Part shown: in pieces, positions 18,735-28,425 of the stretch
How the letters are laid out: every line of letters begins with the position of its first letter
How positions within the stretch are numbered: the stretch's first letter is position 1
DNA from: a virus
Taxonomy: Duplodnaviria > Caudoviricetes
Virus record (IMG/VR): IMGVR_UViG_3300006754_000019
Span: 1-56,916 of that record
Length of the DNA stretch: 56,916 nt
Reading direction: 5' to 3' (one strand)
The notes under the pieces: model-generated
Databases searched by the model: none
Told to the model about the DNA's origin: nothing
What the model saw: only the letters and a program-made list of their open reading frames with translations
Position numbers and translations under genes: made by a program

Positions 18735-21029
18735 TTACTTAAACAACTTATCAAATAACTTCTCCACCCTTGGATGTAATGAACGATCCTTAAAAGCCTT
18801 AGTAGCAAAGGTTTCATACTTAGAAGAAGTATATGCAGCAAAAGATTCAGCAAACATCTCATTTGGATGCTGATAACTATAATCAGATACTTGCATCTCT
18901 CCCTGTATCTTTCCTTTGCTCCATAATCTATAGTAACTATTTCTTACCTTTGGATTTGTTTCGTATATATGATGACCCAACTCATGCCGTATCATCCCAT
19001 TAAAATCATTTCCTGTTACATTATAGTATTGCTCTCCTACCCTTAACGTATTAGATTTAGAATACTTTTTAAATCCACTTGATATAACATCTTTATCATA
19101 AAAAGCATTTGTCTTAGGTTTGTGCCCTCCAATGAACTCCCAAGCTTCTGCATCATACCCCTTACCAGTGAAATTTATCCTATGTTTATTTTCAAAGTGC
19201 ATCCCCTTTAGAGGGTTTTTCTTCAACAATGCCTTTAACTTTTTCTTCTCCCCAACCGCCCTAGAAAGGTCAGCCCCTAAAGTATTGCCATGTTCTTTTA
19301 TGAAAGCTTTAGTATCGCCAGTAAGCTTTATCCCTCTACCTGTAATCTTGGACATCTGTTTAGTAAATTCTTTTTCTGTCTTTACCTTCTTCCAAGTAGA
19401 AGCTGTCTTCTTTACTACCGTAGAGGCTTTCTTTATCTTCTTTACTTTCTTTATCTTCTTTACTTTCTTAACCTTGTTCAACATATCATTATTAAGTCTA
19501 AATATGCCCTTCAACTCCTTCTGGGTAACTACTCTCATTGATGCCTGTCGAAAAGCACCTACTCCCTGCTTATAGAATATCTGTTTCTTCCTCCCTGGCC
19601 TTTGTTCAAATAATATAGTATGTACCTGAGCCTTGGGATGTTTAGCTGCCTCTGCAAGTTTTCTCAATCTGGAATCCTTACGCATGTGAATCTTGTCAGC
19701 CTTACCAGAAAAGAAAGTCTTGACCTCTATCTGGTGTGCCCTCTTTCCATTTGGATTAAACTTAATTACATCAAAAGGTTTCCTCCCTGTTATATGATTT
19801 GCATCTATCATTTTAGCGAACTTTGCTTCATTCACTGTAGCTTCTTTCAATATCTTTGCGTTTATTGGTACATGTGACTTTTTAGCCCTCTTAGCCCTTG
19901 CAATGTCCTTCTTAGTTACACAGGCTATTGAAGCTAATATCCTAATACCAGAAGTATTAGTTATAGGACATAGAGGAAGATTGCCAGCTACTCCTTTCAC
20001 CGTTTGAACTTTCCTCACTGTCCTTTGCTTAAACTTCTTGTCACTTGGTACGATAGGAATAGCAACACAACGACAATTAGGATGAGCTGGAATTAGTCCT
20101 CTTATATCATCAAGTTTAAATACTCTTCCCTCATTACCTGAACATAGAGGACATACATTGTATCCAGCTGTACTCCATTCAGCCTTAACTGTTACCCCCT
20201 CTATCCCAGCCCTCTCATACTCATTGATAGAGGCATTGTGATGTGCTCTAACTACCTCTGTTCTAGCAAGAGTTTTAGCCCTTGTCAAGCCTATTTTTTC
20301 TATTTCTCCTCCTATCCCTGCTATCTGTTTAGCTATGGTTCTAGGACTATCCCCCCTTGCCATACCTAAAGCCAACTCCCTTGATATAACAGAGTCCATT
20401 GCCCTAGTAATTCCCTTCAAACCCTCAAAGGTCTGCGTGAAAGCTAGTCTAGCTCTATCAGCATGAAAGGGAGCATTAAATACTCCACCCAGTCCCTCAG
20501 TAGTTTGTTGAAACAAAGGAACTTCAACACCAGCTTTATTAAGTTCCTGTTGAGCCCTCACTACCCCCTTCTGATAAGCTGATCTAATGTGTACATCTGT
20601 CCAACTGGCTGATATATCCCTTTCAACTAAACTACCTAGCGTACCCTCTAACCCTGATGCTTGACCTTCAAAGAAAGGAGGGATGTCACCAACAACTTCT
20701 AGTCCACTTTTACCTTTGCTTAGAATGAACTTTTCATTCTGTCTCTCCAACCATTCCATAAATCTAGGTATCTTATTAGCATCATACTTACTTCTCCATT
20801 CGGATGGAGTAGTGTTAAGCGTGAAGTCTAGGAGGACATCGAAGTCGAATGTTAACAACCCATCGTCCTCTATGATGAACTTATTTACTTCAGCCCTTAA
20901 AGCATTGAACCGCTTCTCCATCTGAGCTACAAACCTTTTCCTAGTAGATAGAGTTCTAGTAGGGTCAAAGAGAAGAACCTCATTCGCTGTCAGTTTTCTA
21001 GTTTTATTTATTACACAAGTATTACACAT
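18735..21029 (-). CDS. MuF head morphogenesis protein with C-terminal PD-(D/E)XK-like and zincin metallopeptidase-like domains
   Basis: ARTE, C..C, HPNCRC (MuF); FDV...IEVK (nuclease-like); Lys-rich linker; HELGH...EMFAESF (zincin). Confidence 0.88.
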   Translation of the reverse strand: MCNTCVINKTRKLTANEVLLFDPTRTLSTRKRFVAQMEKRFNALRAEVNKFIIEDDGLLTFDFDVLLDFTLNTTPSEWRSKYDANKIPRFMEWLERQNEKFILSKGKSGLEVVGDIPPFFEGQASGLEGTLGSLVERDISASWTDVHIRSAYQKGVVRAQQELNKAGVEVPLFQQTTEGLGGVFNAPFHADRARLAFTQTFEGLKGITRAMDSVISRELALGMARGDSPRTIAKQIAGIGGEIEKIGLTRAKTLARTEVVRAHHNASINEYERAGIEGVTVKAEWSTAGYNVCPLCSGNEGRVFKLDDIRGLIPAHPNCRCVAIPIVPSDKKFKQRTVRKVQTVKGVAGNLPLCPITNTSGIRILASIACVTKKDIARAKRAKKSHVPINAKILKEATVNEAKFAKMIDANHITGRKPFDVIKFNPNGKRAHQIEVKTFFSGKADKIHMRKDSRLRKLAEAAKHPKAQVHTILFEQRPGRKKQIFYKQGVGAFRQASMRVVTQKELKGIFRLNNDMLNKVKKVKKIKKVKKIKKASTVVKKTASTWKKVKTEKEFTKQMSKITGRGIKLTGDTKAFIKEHGNTLGADLSRAVGEKKKLKALLKKNPLKGMHFENKHRINFTGKGYDAEAWEFIGGHKPKTNAFYDKDVISSGFKKYSKSNTLRVGEQYYNVTGNDFNGMIRHELGHHIYETNPKVRNSYYRLWSKGKIQGEMQVSDYSYQHPNEMFAESFAAYTSSKYETFATKAFKDRSLHPRVEKLFDKLFK

Positions 21030-21081
21030 TTTATTTTCTTATCCGCATCCCTGAAATATTGAACCGCTGTGTCTTGAGTGT

Positions 21082-21537
21082 CTAGTGCCATAATGTTATC
21101 CCTGCGAAAATCAATCCTCCAATACCTACTATCGACCCAATCACTATACCTATCTCCTTCCAAAGACTCCTTCTGCCCTGTGCTATCAATAGTAAAGTCA
21201 TTTGTGTTTCAGCTGTTGTATCTCCCTGTATCTTTAAATCCTTAAGATGCCCATTCTGAGTCTTCTGATGATCTACCAAGTTCTGAACAATCTCCTTCGT
21301 TTCCAGTGACTGAGTACAAGTGTGATTCTCAATCATATCACGAACATCCTTCAGTGATCCTTTTGCTACCACCTCATGCTCAGTAAATCTTATATTTGTT
21401 TTCTCATTCGCCCCTTTAAGATACTCTATGTCCTTACCCATCCCAATTACTGCATCATGGGTCTTTTGTATATATTCTCTCGACCTGTCTTTGCAATCCC
21501 TCTCCTTCTCCCACTTCTTCTTATATCCTACTATCAC
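21082..21537 (-). CDS. Coiled-coil protein with C-terminal transmembrane helix
   Basis: IGIVIGSIVGIGGLIFAGITLW C-terminal hydrophobic segment. Confidence 0.6.
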   Translation of the reverse strand: MIVGYKKKWEKERDCKDRSREYIQKTHDAVIGMGKDIEYLKGANEKTNIRFTEHEVVAKGSLKDVRDMIENHTCTQSLETKEIVQNLVDHQKTQNGHLKDLKIQGDTTAETQMTLLLIAQGRRSLWKEIGIVIGSIVGIGGLIFAGITLWH

Positions 21538-21551
21538 CGTATCTCCTTTAT

Positions 21552-21887
21552 TTAAACCGAGCCATCTCTAATTTGTGTTGTTGTTCTTCTACTAGCTGCT
21601 GTACAATTATACATCATAGTTTCAACATTTGGAATTGCATCTAAGTCTTCCAGAATAGACTCTGTTATTTCATCTGGATAAAGGATTGTAAAAACAACAA
21701 AATTATCTGGATAAGGATATTTAGCACTACTCTCCTTTATCTCACAGATAGTGCAATCATCCATAATAAACAAACACTCTTCACATTCCTTGTAAGGCTT
21801 TGGTTTCCCCTGTCTCCTTTTGAGAGCCATTCGATTCATCTGCTTGTGATTCCTAGTAGAATGTATTAATCCATCATGGAATCCCAT
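21552..21887 (-). CDS. Hypothetical protein with two CxxC motifs
   Basis: CEEC and CTIC; start overlaps the upstream stop. Confidence 0.55.
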   Translation of the reverse strand: MGFHDGLIHSTRNHKQMNRMALKRRQGKPKPYKECEECLFIMDDCTICEIKESSAKYPYPDNFVVFTILYPDEITESILEDLDAIPNVETMMYNCTAASRRTTTQIRDGSV

Positions 21888-22270
21888 TATGTTACCTTCT
21901 CCAAGTTCCTGATTGCCATGTCAATAACGTAACTCCCTGCCTTTGTTGTTGAGCTATATGTCCACTTGAACACAGCTCTATGTCGTTCTACTAAATCACT
22001 CCCTACTATGATTGTGTCTCCTGCCTGAACACTCCATACCATAACCCCAGAACCATCTACTGCTACATTGTTTGCATCCAGAATGTCCTGACCATCTCTA
22101 CTGTTGATAATAGTATTGTCTGCATCATCAAGGTTATACAATGTGAGGGTCAGTGTATCTAAAGCTGTATCTGCAATAGCATTCCCATCCTCATCCTGTA
22201 TGGTAGCTGTTATCTTTGGAGTTGTCCCCTCCATTATGTTGTCTGCTAATATCGTTATGTTTTCTGCCAT
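21887..22270 (-). CDS. Ig/BppU-like beta-sandwich virion protein
   Basis: Thr/Asp-rich beta pattern, W.VQAGDT; in the head module. Confidence 0.5.
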   Translation of the reverse strand: MAENITILADNIMEGTTPKITATIQDEDGNAIADTALDTLTLTLYNLDDADNTIINSRDGQDILDANNVAVDGSGVMVWSVQAGDTIIVGSDLVERHRAVFKWTYSSTTKAGSYVIDMAIRNLEKVT

Positions 22271-22271
22271 G

Positions 22272-22367
22272 TTATTGTTTCGTTAAGGTTATACTTGCTA
22301 AAGAACTCTGTGTGAGAGTTATACTTGCGAAAGATGCTTTCACTTTTGTTATACTTGCTAAAGGCAT
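22272..22367 (-). CDS. 31-aa microprotein with three 10-residue ASIT repeats
   Basis: Not in ORF track. TAATG overlap with portal stop, AAGGAGGAG SD; MPLASITKVKASFASITLTQSSLASITLTKQ. Confidence 0.6.
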   Translation of the reverse strand: MPLASITKVKASFASITLTQSSLASITLTKQ

Positions 22368-23911
22368 TATTCTCCTCCTTCTATCTTAGCTATTTCTTCT
22401 AATCTCTTTCTCTCAGTTGCTCCTTCTGCTATCAACTCTCCTTCTACTTCTTTTCTCATTTCTGCATTTGCTTCCTCATCTATTAAGTCCTGCTCCATCA
22501 TTGTATCCAACTCTCCTTCAATCATCTCTATCTCACCATCTTCAAATCCCATTACTAACTTCAGGAATATCTTAGGGGGTATTACCTCACTAGCCCCTAC
22601 ACTATTTGCATAAGTGGCAATGGTCTCCGCCTTAGTCTTAGCTACCTTACTTTCTTCTTCCTCTGTTGGTACTGTAATGTCCTCCCACTTTACTTCATAT
22701 TCATCTTTAGGTTCTGGGAGGACACCAAACATGATAAGCCTATCTATTAAAGGTCTAATCATCATTGGACTGCAGTAGTTAGTTTGTCTTTCCTTAATCT
22801 TCTTATTCCATGCGTTCTCATCCCTATCTCCACCCAACTCACCTCTTTCAGCCCCTACTAGAATCCTCTTAGGAATCTCCCTAGCTCCAGCAATCAAGGT
22901 AATCAATATCTCAACATGCTTAGAGGGGTCAGCCACTTGAGGGGCTAAGTTCTTAATGTCCATCCCCTGTACCCTCACTGTCCTATTAAGATCGTGTATG
23001 TAGTCATTGATCTCTGTATTCAAAGCTGTCATGTCTTGGGAGGGGTCTATCTCTGCATCCTTGTCTAATAGGAAAGCGAGACCTGGAAATGCTCCCCTCC
23101 AGAACATCTCACCACTGCCCCCTGCTACGAGATGGAGTCCACTGATAAGGTTATATACGTTCATCAGTCTTGGAGTGCCGTAGATGTCATCCTCTAGAAG
23201 CTCATCAGCTACATGAATAACTCTAGTCCAGTGAACTGATGTTGTGGTAGCACTATCTATTATATTTGCATTATCTGACTTGGTGGTTGATACATCTACC
23301 TTGTATAATTCAGGTAGACCATAGCGAGGGTCAGCTGTATCTTGAATGAACTTCTCAATCACTACCCTGTTCTGTTTATATGGTCTACAATATATCAACT
23401 CTGTGGCTGAAGTGACTTCTTCCTCTAATGTTTTAGCTCCATCATTGAATCCCAATAAGAGAATCCCGAAGTCTCCTACACCTGACAACTTATCTACCCT
23501 AGACATATAGTGCCATATCTTCTTCTCCTTAACTAATGTATTCCATTGCTTCTCAAACTCTGTCTCGTCTCCTTCTTCCTGTTCTGTGATTGATGGAGGG
23601 TTTTGCCATGAAGCATTTACTGGGGCATCAATTACCCTCTTAGCTATATGTTCCCTTGTATAGAATCCCCAGTAGTTGTCGAACTGAAGTTCTTTAGGAT
23701 AACCTAGTGCCTTGTATGTATCTCTCGCATCGTTCTTGTAACTTAGACCTAGCCTCCTAGACAGTTCACTCCTTGTCTGCTGTGATTGGAAGTTAGCAAT
23801 CAGAATATTCTTAGTTTCATCTGTTAAGAGGTCAAACCTCCCATTGCCATTACTGTTGGATTTGCCGTTTGTCTTAATCCTCCTTTTGTTTACTGCTGTT
23901 GTTCTTTTCAT
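22367..23911 (-). CDS. Portal protein (DUF1073 type)
   Basis: IAKRVIDAP...W, PRYGLPELY, VHWTRVIH, IPKRILVG motifs; follows terminase. Confidence 0.88.
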   Translation of the reverse strand: MKRTTAVNKRRIKTNGKSNSNGNGRFDLLTDETKNILIANFQSQQTRSELSRRLGLSYKNDARDTYKALGYPKELQFDNYWGFYTREHIAKRVIDAPVNASWQNPPSITEQEEGDETEFEKQWNTLVKEKKIWHYMSRVDKLSGVGDFGILLLGFNDGAKTLEEEVTSATELIYCRPYKQNRVVIEKFIQDTADPRYGLPELYKVDVSTTKSDNANIIDSATTTSVHWTRVIHVADELLEDDIYGTPRLMNVYNLISGLHLVAGGSGEMFWRGAFPGLAFLLDKDAEIDPSQDMTALNTEINDYIHDLNRTVRVQGMDIKNLAPQVADPSKHVEILITLIAGAREIPKRILVGAERGELGGDRDENAWNKKIKERQTNYCSPMMIRPLIDRLIMFGVLPEPKDEYEVKWEDITVPTEEEESKVAKTKAETIATYANSVGASEVIPPKIFLKLVMGFEDGEIEMIEGELDTMMEQDLIDEEANAEMRKEVEGELIAEGATERKRLEEIAKIEGGE

Positions 23912-24035
23912 CTAAAACTGTCCTTTATAAATTTATCCTCTTTCTCTATACGTTCTCTTTCAGTTCTTCCTTTATGTAAGCAGTAATTGCAGAACCACCA
24001 TAACCCAAACACAAGGAGGGTTATCTCAATATATA

Positions 24036-24452
24036 TCATACTTGTTTCCTCTTATAACCTTTATGACCCTTCTTCATTAAGTCTATGAACTCTCTTTGCA
24101 TAACATAAAATAATTGAGTTATTGGGCTGGATGTATCCTCTACATCAACCATATATATCTCAAAATCTGAATCCTCCCTTGGTCTATAAATATAATAGGC
24201 AGTCCTGTCTCCCACTCCGATAAACATCACCCTCGTATGCTTACTGAACACTATAGTATTCTTATTGGCAAAGCAGAGAGCATAGTGGAAGTGTTCTGTA
24301 CTGCACTCGAATGGACTATCACCTATGAACACATTTGTAAAACTGATAACCTCCTGCATGTTCTTTGATACATGGATACACTTGTCATCTGCTACAACAG
24401 AAGAAGTAAATAAGAAGATAGTAAGCAATGAGGCAGCCAAGAGTTTCTTCAA
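24036..24452 (-). CDS. Hypothetical secreted protein (moron-like insert between terL and portal)
   Basis: N-terminal signal peptide MKKLLAASLLTIFLFTSSVVA. Confidence 0.55.
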   Translation of the reverse strand: MKKLLAASLLTIFLFTSSVVADDKCIHVSKNMQEVISFTNVFIGDSPFECSTEHFHYALCFANKNTIVFSKHTRVMFIGVGDRTAYYIYRPREDSDFEIYMVDVEDTSSPITQLFYVMQREFIDLMKKGHKGYKRKQV

Positions 24453-24622
24453 TTAGACTGTCCCCTCCATCAATCTCTCCTCCACCCATTTCAAGTCCAT
24501 CCTTAAATAAGCCAACCGCACATTGTCCTTCTCTCCTTCAATCTTTGCTTCCAGCTCTCTCTTCTGCTTTAAAAGAAACCTATGCTTGATCTGATTCTTG
24601 TTTGTAAGTTTGCTTAGTTTAT

Positions 24623-26095
24623 TTACCATACCCCATACCTCGCCTTCTTAGCTGTTAGTTTATTAAAGCCTCCTGCACTAGCATCTACGTCATCCTTCTC
24701 TTTACCTACAGGAAACGATTCATGGTTACTAAGAAACCCTCTATTCCATTCTGCTTTCAATATAGATACGTTTCCTATTTCTACCTGATTAGCATACGGC
24801 TCAGCCCTCACTTCCTTAGCCCCTGTTACCTTATCTGCCTTTACCCTGAAGCCAGCGAGATTCTTGATAGTTGATTCAGCTGATTCTTTTCCTCCACTCC
24901 CAGGCTCTTGTTCTACCCAGACCGTAACCTCCTTGCCATCTACTTGTGCTGTCTGCTTTATAATAGCCTCCCGCTTCCCTGCACTCCATTGCCCTTTAAT
25001 GACATCTGCCACCAAAAAGCCTCCATCACTCATCACATGCATAAGCACTCCTGCTGTATAACAACCACCACCCTCTGTACCTGCCTTATCCCAATACCTC
25101 ACTGACCTGACTATGTGATGCTTGTTTATCGCATTAGCTATCTTTATCTTATCTACCTGAAACATACCTCCACCCCTAGGGGCAGGTCGCTGTTGTAACT
25201 GTCCAGCTATTGCATACTCAGAAACTAAATCCTTCTTTAATGTATCCAATGCCTCCCTACCATACAGCCCCTCCCACAGTGGTTCGTATTCATCTTCTCT
25301 AGGGTCTTCAAATCCTATATTGGTAAAACACTTTCTATCTTTCTCATACTCCGCTGGTAACATAAGATGCACATAACCTAACTCTTTTGCTAAGATATGT
25401 CCTGTTAAATCATTCTCATGTAACCTTTGCATCACTATAATCTTCCTCCCTGTATTAGGATTATTCAATCTTGTACTCATTACTTCATCCCACCACATTA
25501 AAACCCCATTCCTCTTTATCTCTGACTCTGCTTGCTTTACATTGTGAGGGTCATCCACTACTATATAGTCTCCTCCTTCACCTGTTGCAACTCCATCTAC
25601 ACTTGTTGATAATCTATATCCTGTCTTGTCGTTCTCAAATCTAGTCTTCTGGTTTTGGTCTGTTGTTATCGTATATCTATCTGACCACCTTGCTTGATAC
25701 CATAGGGATTGAATTAATCTCCTACACTTGAGGGAATCCCTTGTGGATAAGTCTTGTGCATAAGAACTGAATAGCCATCTGGAAGAGGGGTCGTTAATCC
25801 AAACCCAAGTTGGAAAGAAAACTGAAACCGCTAATGATTTCATGTGCCTAGGAGGTATGTTTATAATTATGTTTCTGATGTCTCCCTTGAAGACTGCCTC
25901 TAAGTGATCGCATATAGCATCTAAGTGCCAACCCGATATGAATGGAGTAGTTGGTTCAAGTACACTCCATGCCTGTTCAATATATAGCCTGAGGGATACC
26001 TCCGCCCCTGCTATCTTTATCAAGTCCTCCGAAACAATTCTAGTTCTGTCCTGAGGTTGATAGTCTTCTGTTGAGCTCAATAATTGTGTCTGCAC
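24623..26095 (-). CDS. terL: Terminase large subunit
   Basis: IPPRHMKS Walker A, IVVDDPH Walker B, MQRLH, YWDKA, EQEPGSGGK, DDVDA nuclease motifs. Confidence 0.95.
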   Translation of the reverse strand: MQTQLLSSTEDYQPQDRTRIVSEDLIKIAGAEVSLRLYIEQAWSVLEPTTPFISGWHLDAICDHLEAVFKGDIRNIIINIPPRHMKSLAVSVFFPTWVWINDPSSRWLFSSYAQDLSTRDSLKCRRLIQSLWYQARWSDRYTITTDQNQKTRFENDKTGYRLSTSVDGVATGEGGDYIVVDDPHNVKQAESEIKRNGVLMWWDEVMSTRLNNPNTGRKIIVMQRLHENDLTGHILAKELGYVHLMLPAEYEKDRKCFTNIGFEDPREDEYEPLWEGLYGREALDTLKKDLVSEYAIAGQLQQRPAPRGGGMFQVDKIKIANAINKHHIVRSVRYWDKAGTEGGGCYTAGVLMHVMSDGGFLVADVIKGQWSAGKREAIIKQTAQVDGKEVTVWVEQEPGSGGKESAESTIKNLAGFRVKADKVTGAKEVRAEPYANQVEIGNVSILKAEWNRGFLSNHESFPVGKEKDDVDASAGGFNKLTAKKARYGVW

Positions 26096-26714
26096 CTAAC
26101 TTCTCCTTTAGAGCTGCGACATCTACTTTAAGTTCTGCGTTTTCTATATTATTATTGATCTTGAAATTGAAGTTGTTCGATTCTTTAATCATCCCATTGT
26201 ACTTCATCAGGGAGTCTATTGCTTTCTGTCTATTGTAGAATTTAATCTTAGTTGTTCTGCCTGTGTGTACTCTGTTGGAGCCTGTCCCTTCGTATAACTC
26301 TTCTATTTCTAAAGCCTCTATCGCTGACTGTTGGGCGATGTTTAAATTGTTCATTCCCTTGAATGCACCGTTTTCATCATAGAACCCTCTAACGTCTACA
26401 AAAGCTATCTTCATTTGTTCTGCTAAGATTGATTCATTCTTTAAATCAATGGATTCAAATAAGGATTGGAGTTGGCTATCTATCTCCCGAATAACATTAG
26501 GTCTTGCTAGGAACTTACTACCCTCAGCCCTTGCTGATGCTTTTGAGATATCTGGATGAAGTGCGTGATATGCTTCTCCAGCATTGAAACCGTTTATGTA
26601 AACACTAACAAAGAGGGCTAACTGTCTAGCCTCCTTTGCCCCTACCTTTGCCCCTGTCTTCCTAGAAGGTGCTTTCTTCCGCTTAAATGACTTGCTTGAT
26701 TTCTTCGTCTCCAT
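26040..26714 (-). CDS. terS: Terminase small subunit
   Basis: FV..YI.GFNA..AY HTH, IAF.D...YDENG, KIKFYNRQKAID; start set at METKK. Confidence 0.85.
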   Translation of the reverse strand: METKKSSKSFKRKKAPSRKTGAKVGAKEARQLALFVSVYINGFNAGEAYHALHPDISKASARAEGSKFLARPNVIREIDSQLQSLFESIDLKNESILAEQMKIAFVDVRGFYDENGAFKGMNNLNIAQQSAIEALEIEELYEGTGSNRVHTGRTTKIKFYNRQKAIDSLMKYNGMIKESNNFNFKINNNIENAELKVDVAALKEKLGADTIIELNRRLSTSGQN

Positions 26715-26887
26715 GCATAGATTAGACCACATAGAGACATGAAAATCAAAGGTTTTTTTCGTGTGTAACCCCTTATATCTAAAGGACTTAGGACAACAGG
26801 CAATATTTCTTCTGTTTGTTTGTTGCGTTTGTAGCGTTTCAATGCTACAATACACACTGTTCTTTGAAGTTTAGTTTTAGTTGTAAA

Positions 26888-27460
26888 GCTTTTATTAGTT
26901 GGTGTAGCCAATGCATTGGGACACAGGGAGGGCTTACTGAAGCCGATACCTAACACTGACCAACTTAACGAAAGCGGTCAACTATATCCATCGAAACACT
27001 GGCTGGAGGGTTAAGGACAGGGAGACAAACCTGCCACCACCAGTGAAGGAGGAGTAAGTCCTGAGGTCGGTACAGTCCCCGACAGGCTAATCAAATCAAG
27101 ACTACCACACAGAGGGTAACCCTATTGAGGGTTGCAATAACCTAGACCGCATGGAGTACAACATACCACTACAAGAAAAATATCTGCCACCACCCATCAG
27201 GGAGGACAAGCAGACAATTCAAACATCATCTATAGTAATATCAATTTGAGGTCAGGTTATGATTTTAGAATGCCCTTCCAACTACCCTTGTTGGAGGGGC
27301 TAACATATAAACCAAAGGGTTCACCATTTAAATAATCACTGATTGCTTACTATGTCCTCTATCTATTCATCTACCATTATGAGTGTGATACGATGGAGGT
27401 CATAACAGTAAGCATGACGGTAATTATTTTTCTGCCACCATCAGGGAGGGCAGTTAACTT
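26888..27460 (+). ncRNA. Putative structured non-coding leader RNA of the early arm
   Basis: No convincing ORF; several long stems (26888-26974, 27060-27086, 27271-27300, 27330-27430) and three CTGCCACCA copies. Confidence 0.45.
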
Positions 27461-27480
27461 TAATTGAAGGGAGGACTAAA

Positions 27481-27753
27481 ATGACATTAGGAACTAATCA
27501 TGCAGAAAGAAGTAGGAAGGAAGAACTGAAAACTTTAATACTAATGGAGGTGTTAGAACAAGGGTTGGGGATGGAGAAGATGAAGGATACCCAACAAGAA
27601 TTGAGACACAAAAAACTTGCAGAGCTTCAAGAGGACTATAAAAATCTTAGATCAAAAAACCCAAACTTATGGAAGTGTAAGTGTGGAAGGGAGAACTACC
27701 GTAGGAATTTCTGTTGTCCTAGATGTGCAGGACTAATTGACGATGAAGTTTAA
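27481..27753 (+). CDS. Early hypothetical protein with zinc-ribbon C-terminus
   Basis: GGAGG SD; WKCKCG...CPRC. Confidence 0.7.
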   Translation: MTLGTNHAERSRKEELKTLILMEVLEQGLGMEKMKDTQQELRHKKLAELQEDYKNLRSKNPNLWKCKCGRENYRRNFCCPRCAGLIDDEV

Positions 27754-27782
27754 TTTTTAAGTTTTTAAAAAGGAGAAAGAGA

Positions 27783-27971
27783 ATGGTTGATATATGTAAG
27801 ACATGCAAGATTAAAGAAGACAGTTGCACGGGACTCGGCACCTCCATTGGGTTTTGTTCTTTGTTTGACCGTTACATGTTTGTTAGCATGGGGAGATGTA
27901 CTTCAGTAAACGTAGGGAGAGCAACTAAGAATTATGACATGGCTAGTTTTATTAAAGTGCCTTGTAAATAA
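27783..27971 (+). CDS. Small Cys-rich early protein
   Basis: AAGGAG SD; CKTC...C...C. Confidence 0.55.
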   Translation: MVDICKTCKIKEDSCTGLGTSIGFCSLFDRYMFVSMGRCTSVNVGRATKNYDMASFIKVPCK

Positions 27972-28028
27972 CTAACCTTATAGAGGGGTGTGTGGTAAAT
28001 CTGCCACCACCCCCAGAAGGAGGAGATT

Positions 28029-28415
28029 ATGTATAACACAGAAAAAGTAGACGGTATTACATTAGCAATGGAGAAGCATGGTGCATTTTGGGCTTTCAGT
28101 AATAAGCAGTTAGATGAACAGAAGAAAGAGGGTGTTGAATATGTTGGACTTAATGGAGGATTGGTTGCCCCAAAGGAATCAGTTGTCCAACTTATGAAAG
28201 ATATAGCTAAAGTTGGTAGGGAAAGAGCACAGAATGATCTGGATGCTAACACTAAGAAGGAGATCATACACAGGGAGTTGGCTAACTATGAAACTTTCAT
28301 AACAGGAGATATCACTGATACTGTTAATGCTTTAGCTAGTCATGGTATCACAAGGGAGGATGTTCAAGCTGAATATCCTGAGTACTACAATGAAGCTATT
28401 GAATACAATTCATAA
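28029..28415 (+). CDS. Early hypothetical protein
   Basis: Hairpin+SD; GAFWAFS..Q..E and RELANYE. Confidence 0.75.
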   Translation: MYNTEKVDGITLAMEKHGAFWAFSNKQLDEQKKEGVEYVGLNGGLVAPKESVVQLMKDIAKVGRERAQNDLDANTKKEIIHRELANYETFITGDITDTVNALASHGITREDVQAEYPEYYNEAIEYNS

Positions 28416-28425
28416 AGGAGGACAT

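Noticed and set aside
22288-22363. Mini CRISPR array
   Set aside because: 16-bp repeats with 14-bp spacers are too short, they are explained by a coding repeat, and there are no cas genes.
22367-23911. Anti-CBASS Acb1 label sometimes attached to DUF1073 proteins
   Set aside because: Size and position indicate a portal protein; no paired HxT phosphoesterase motifs were noticed.
482-25105. Plus-strand ORFs over the late arm (and minus-strand ORFs over 27.9-54.5 kb)
   Set aside because: Antisense shadows of well-supported genes, with no recognisable motifs.
26715-26956. N-terminal extension of terS and ORF 26642..26956
   Set aside because: They run through the AT-rich divergent control region with no protein-like features; similarity to terS begins after METKK.
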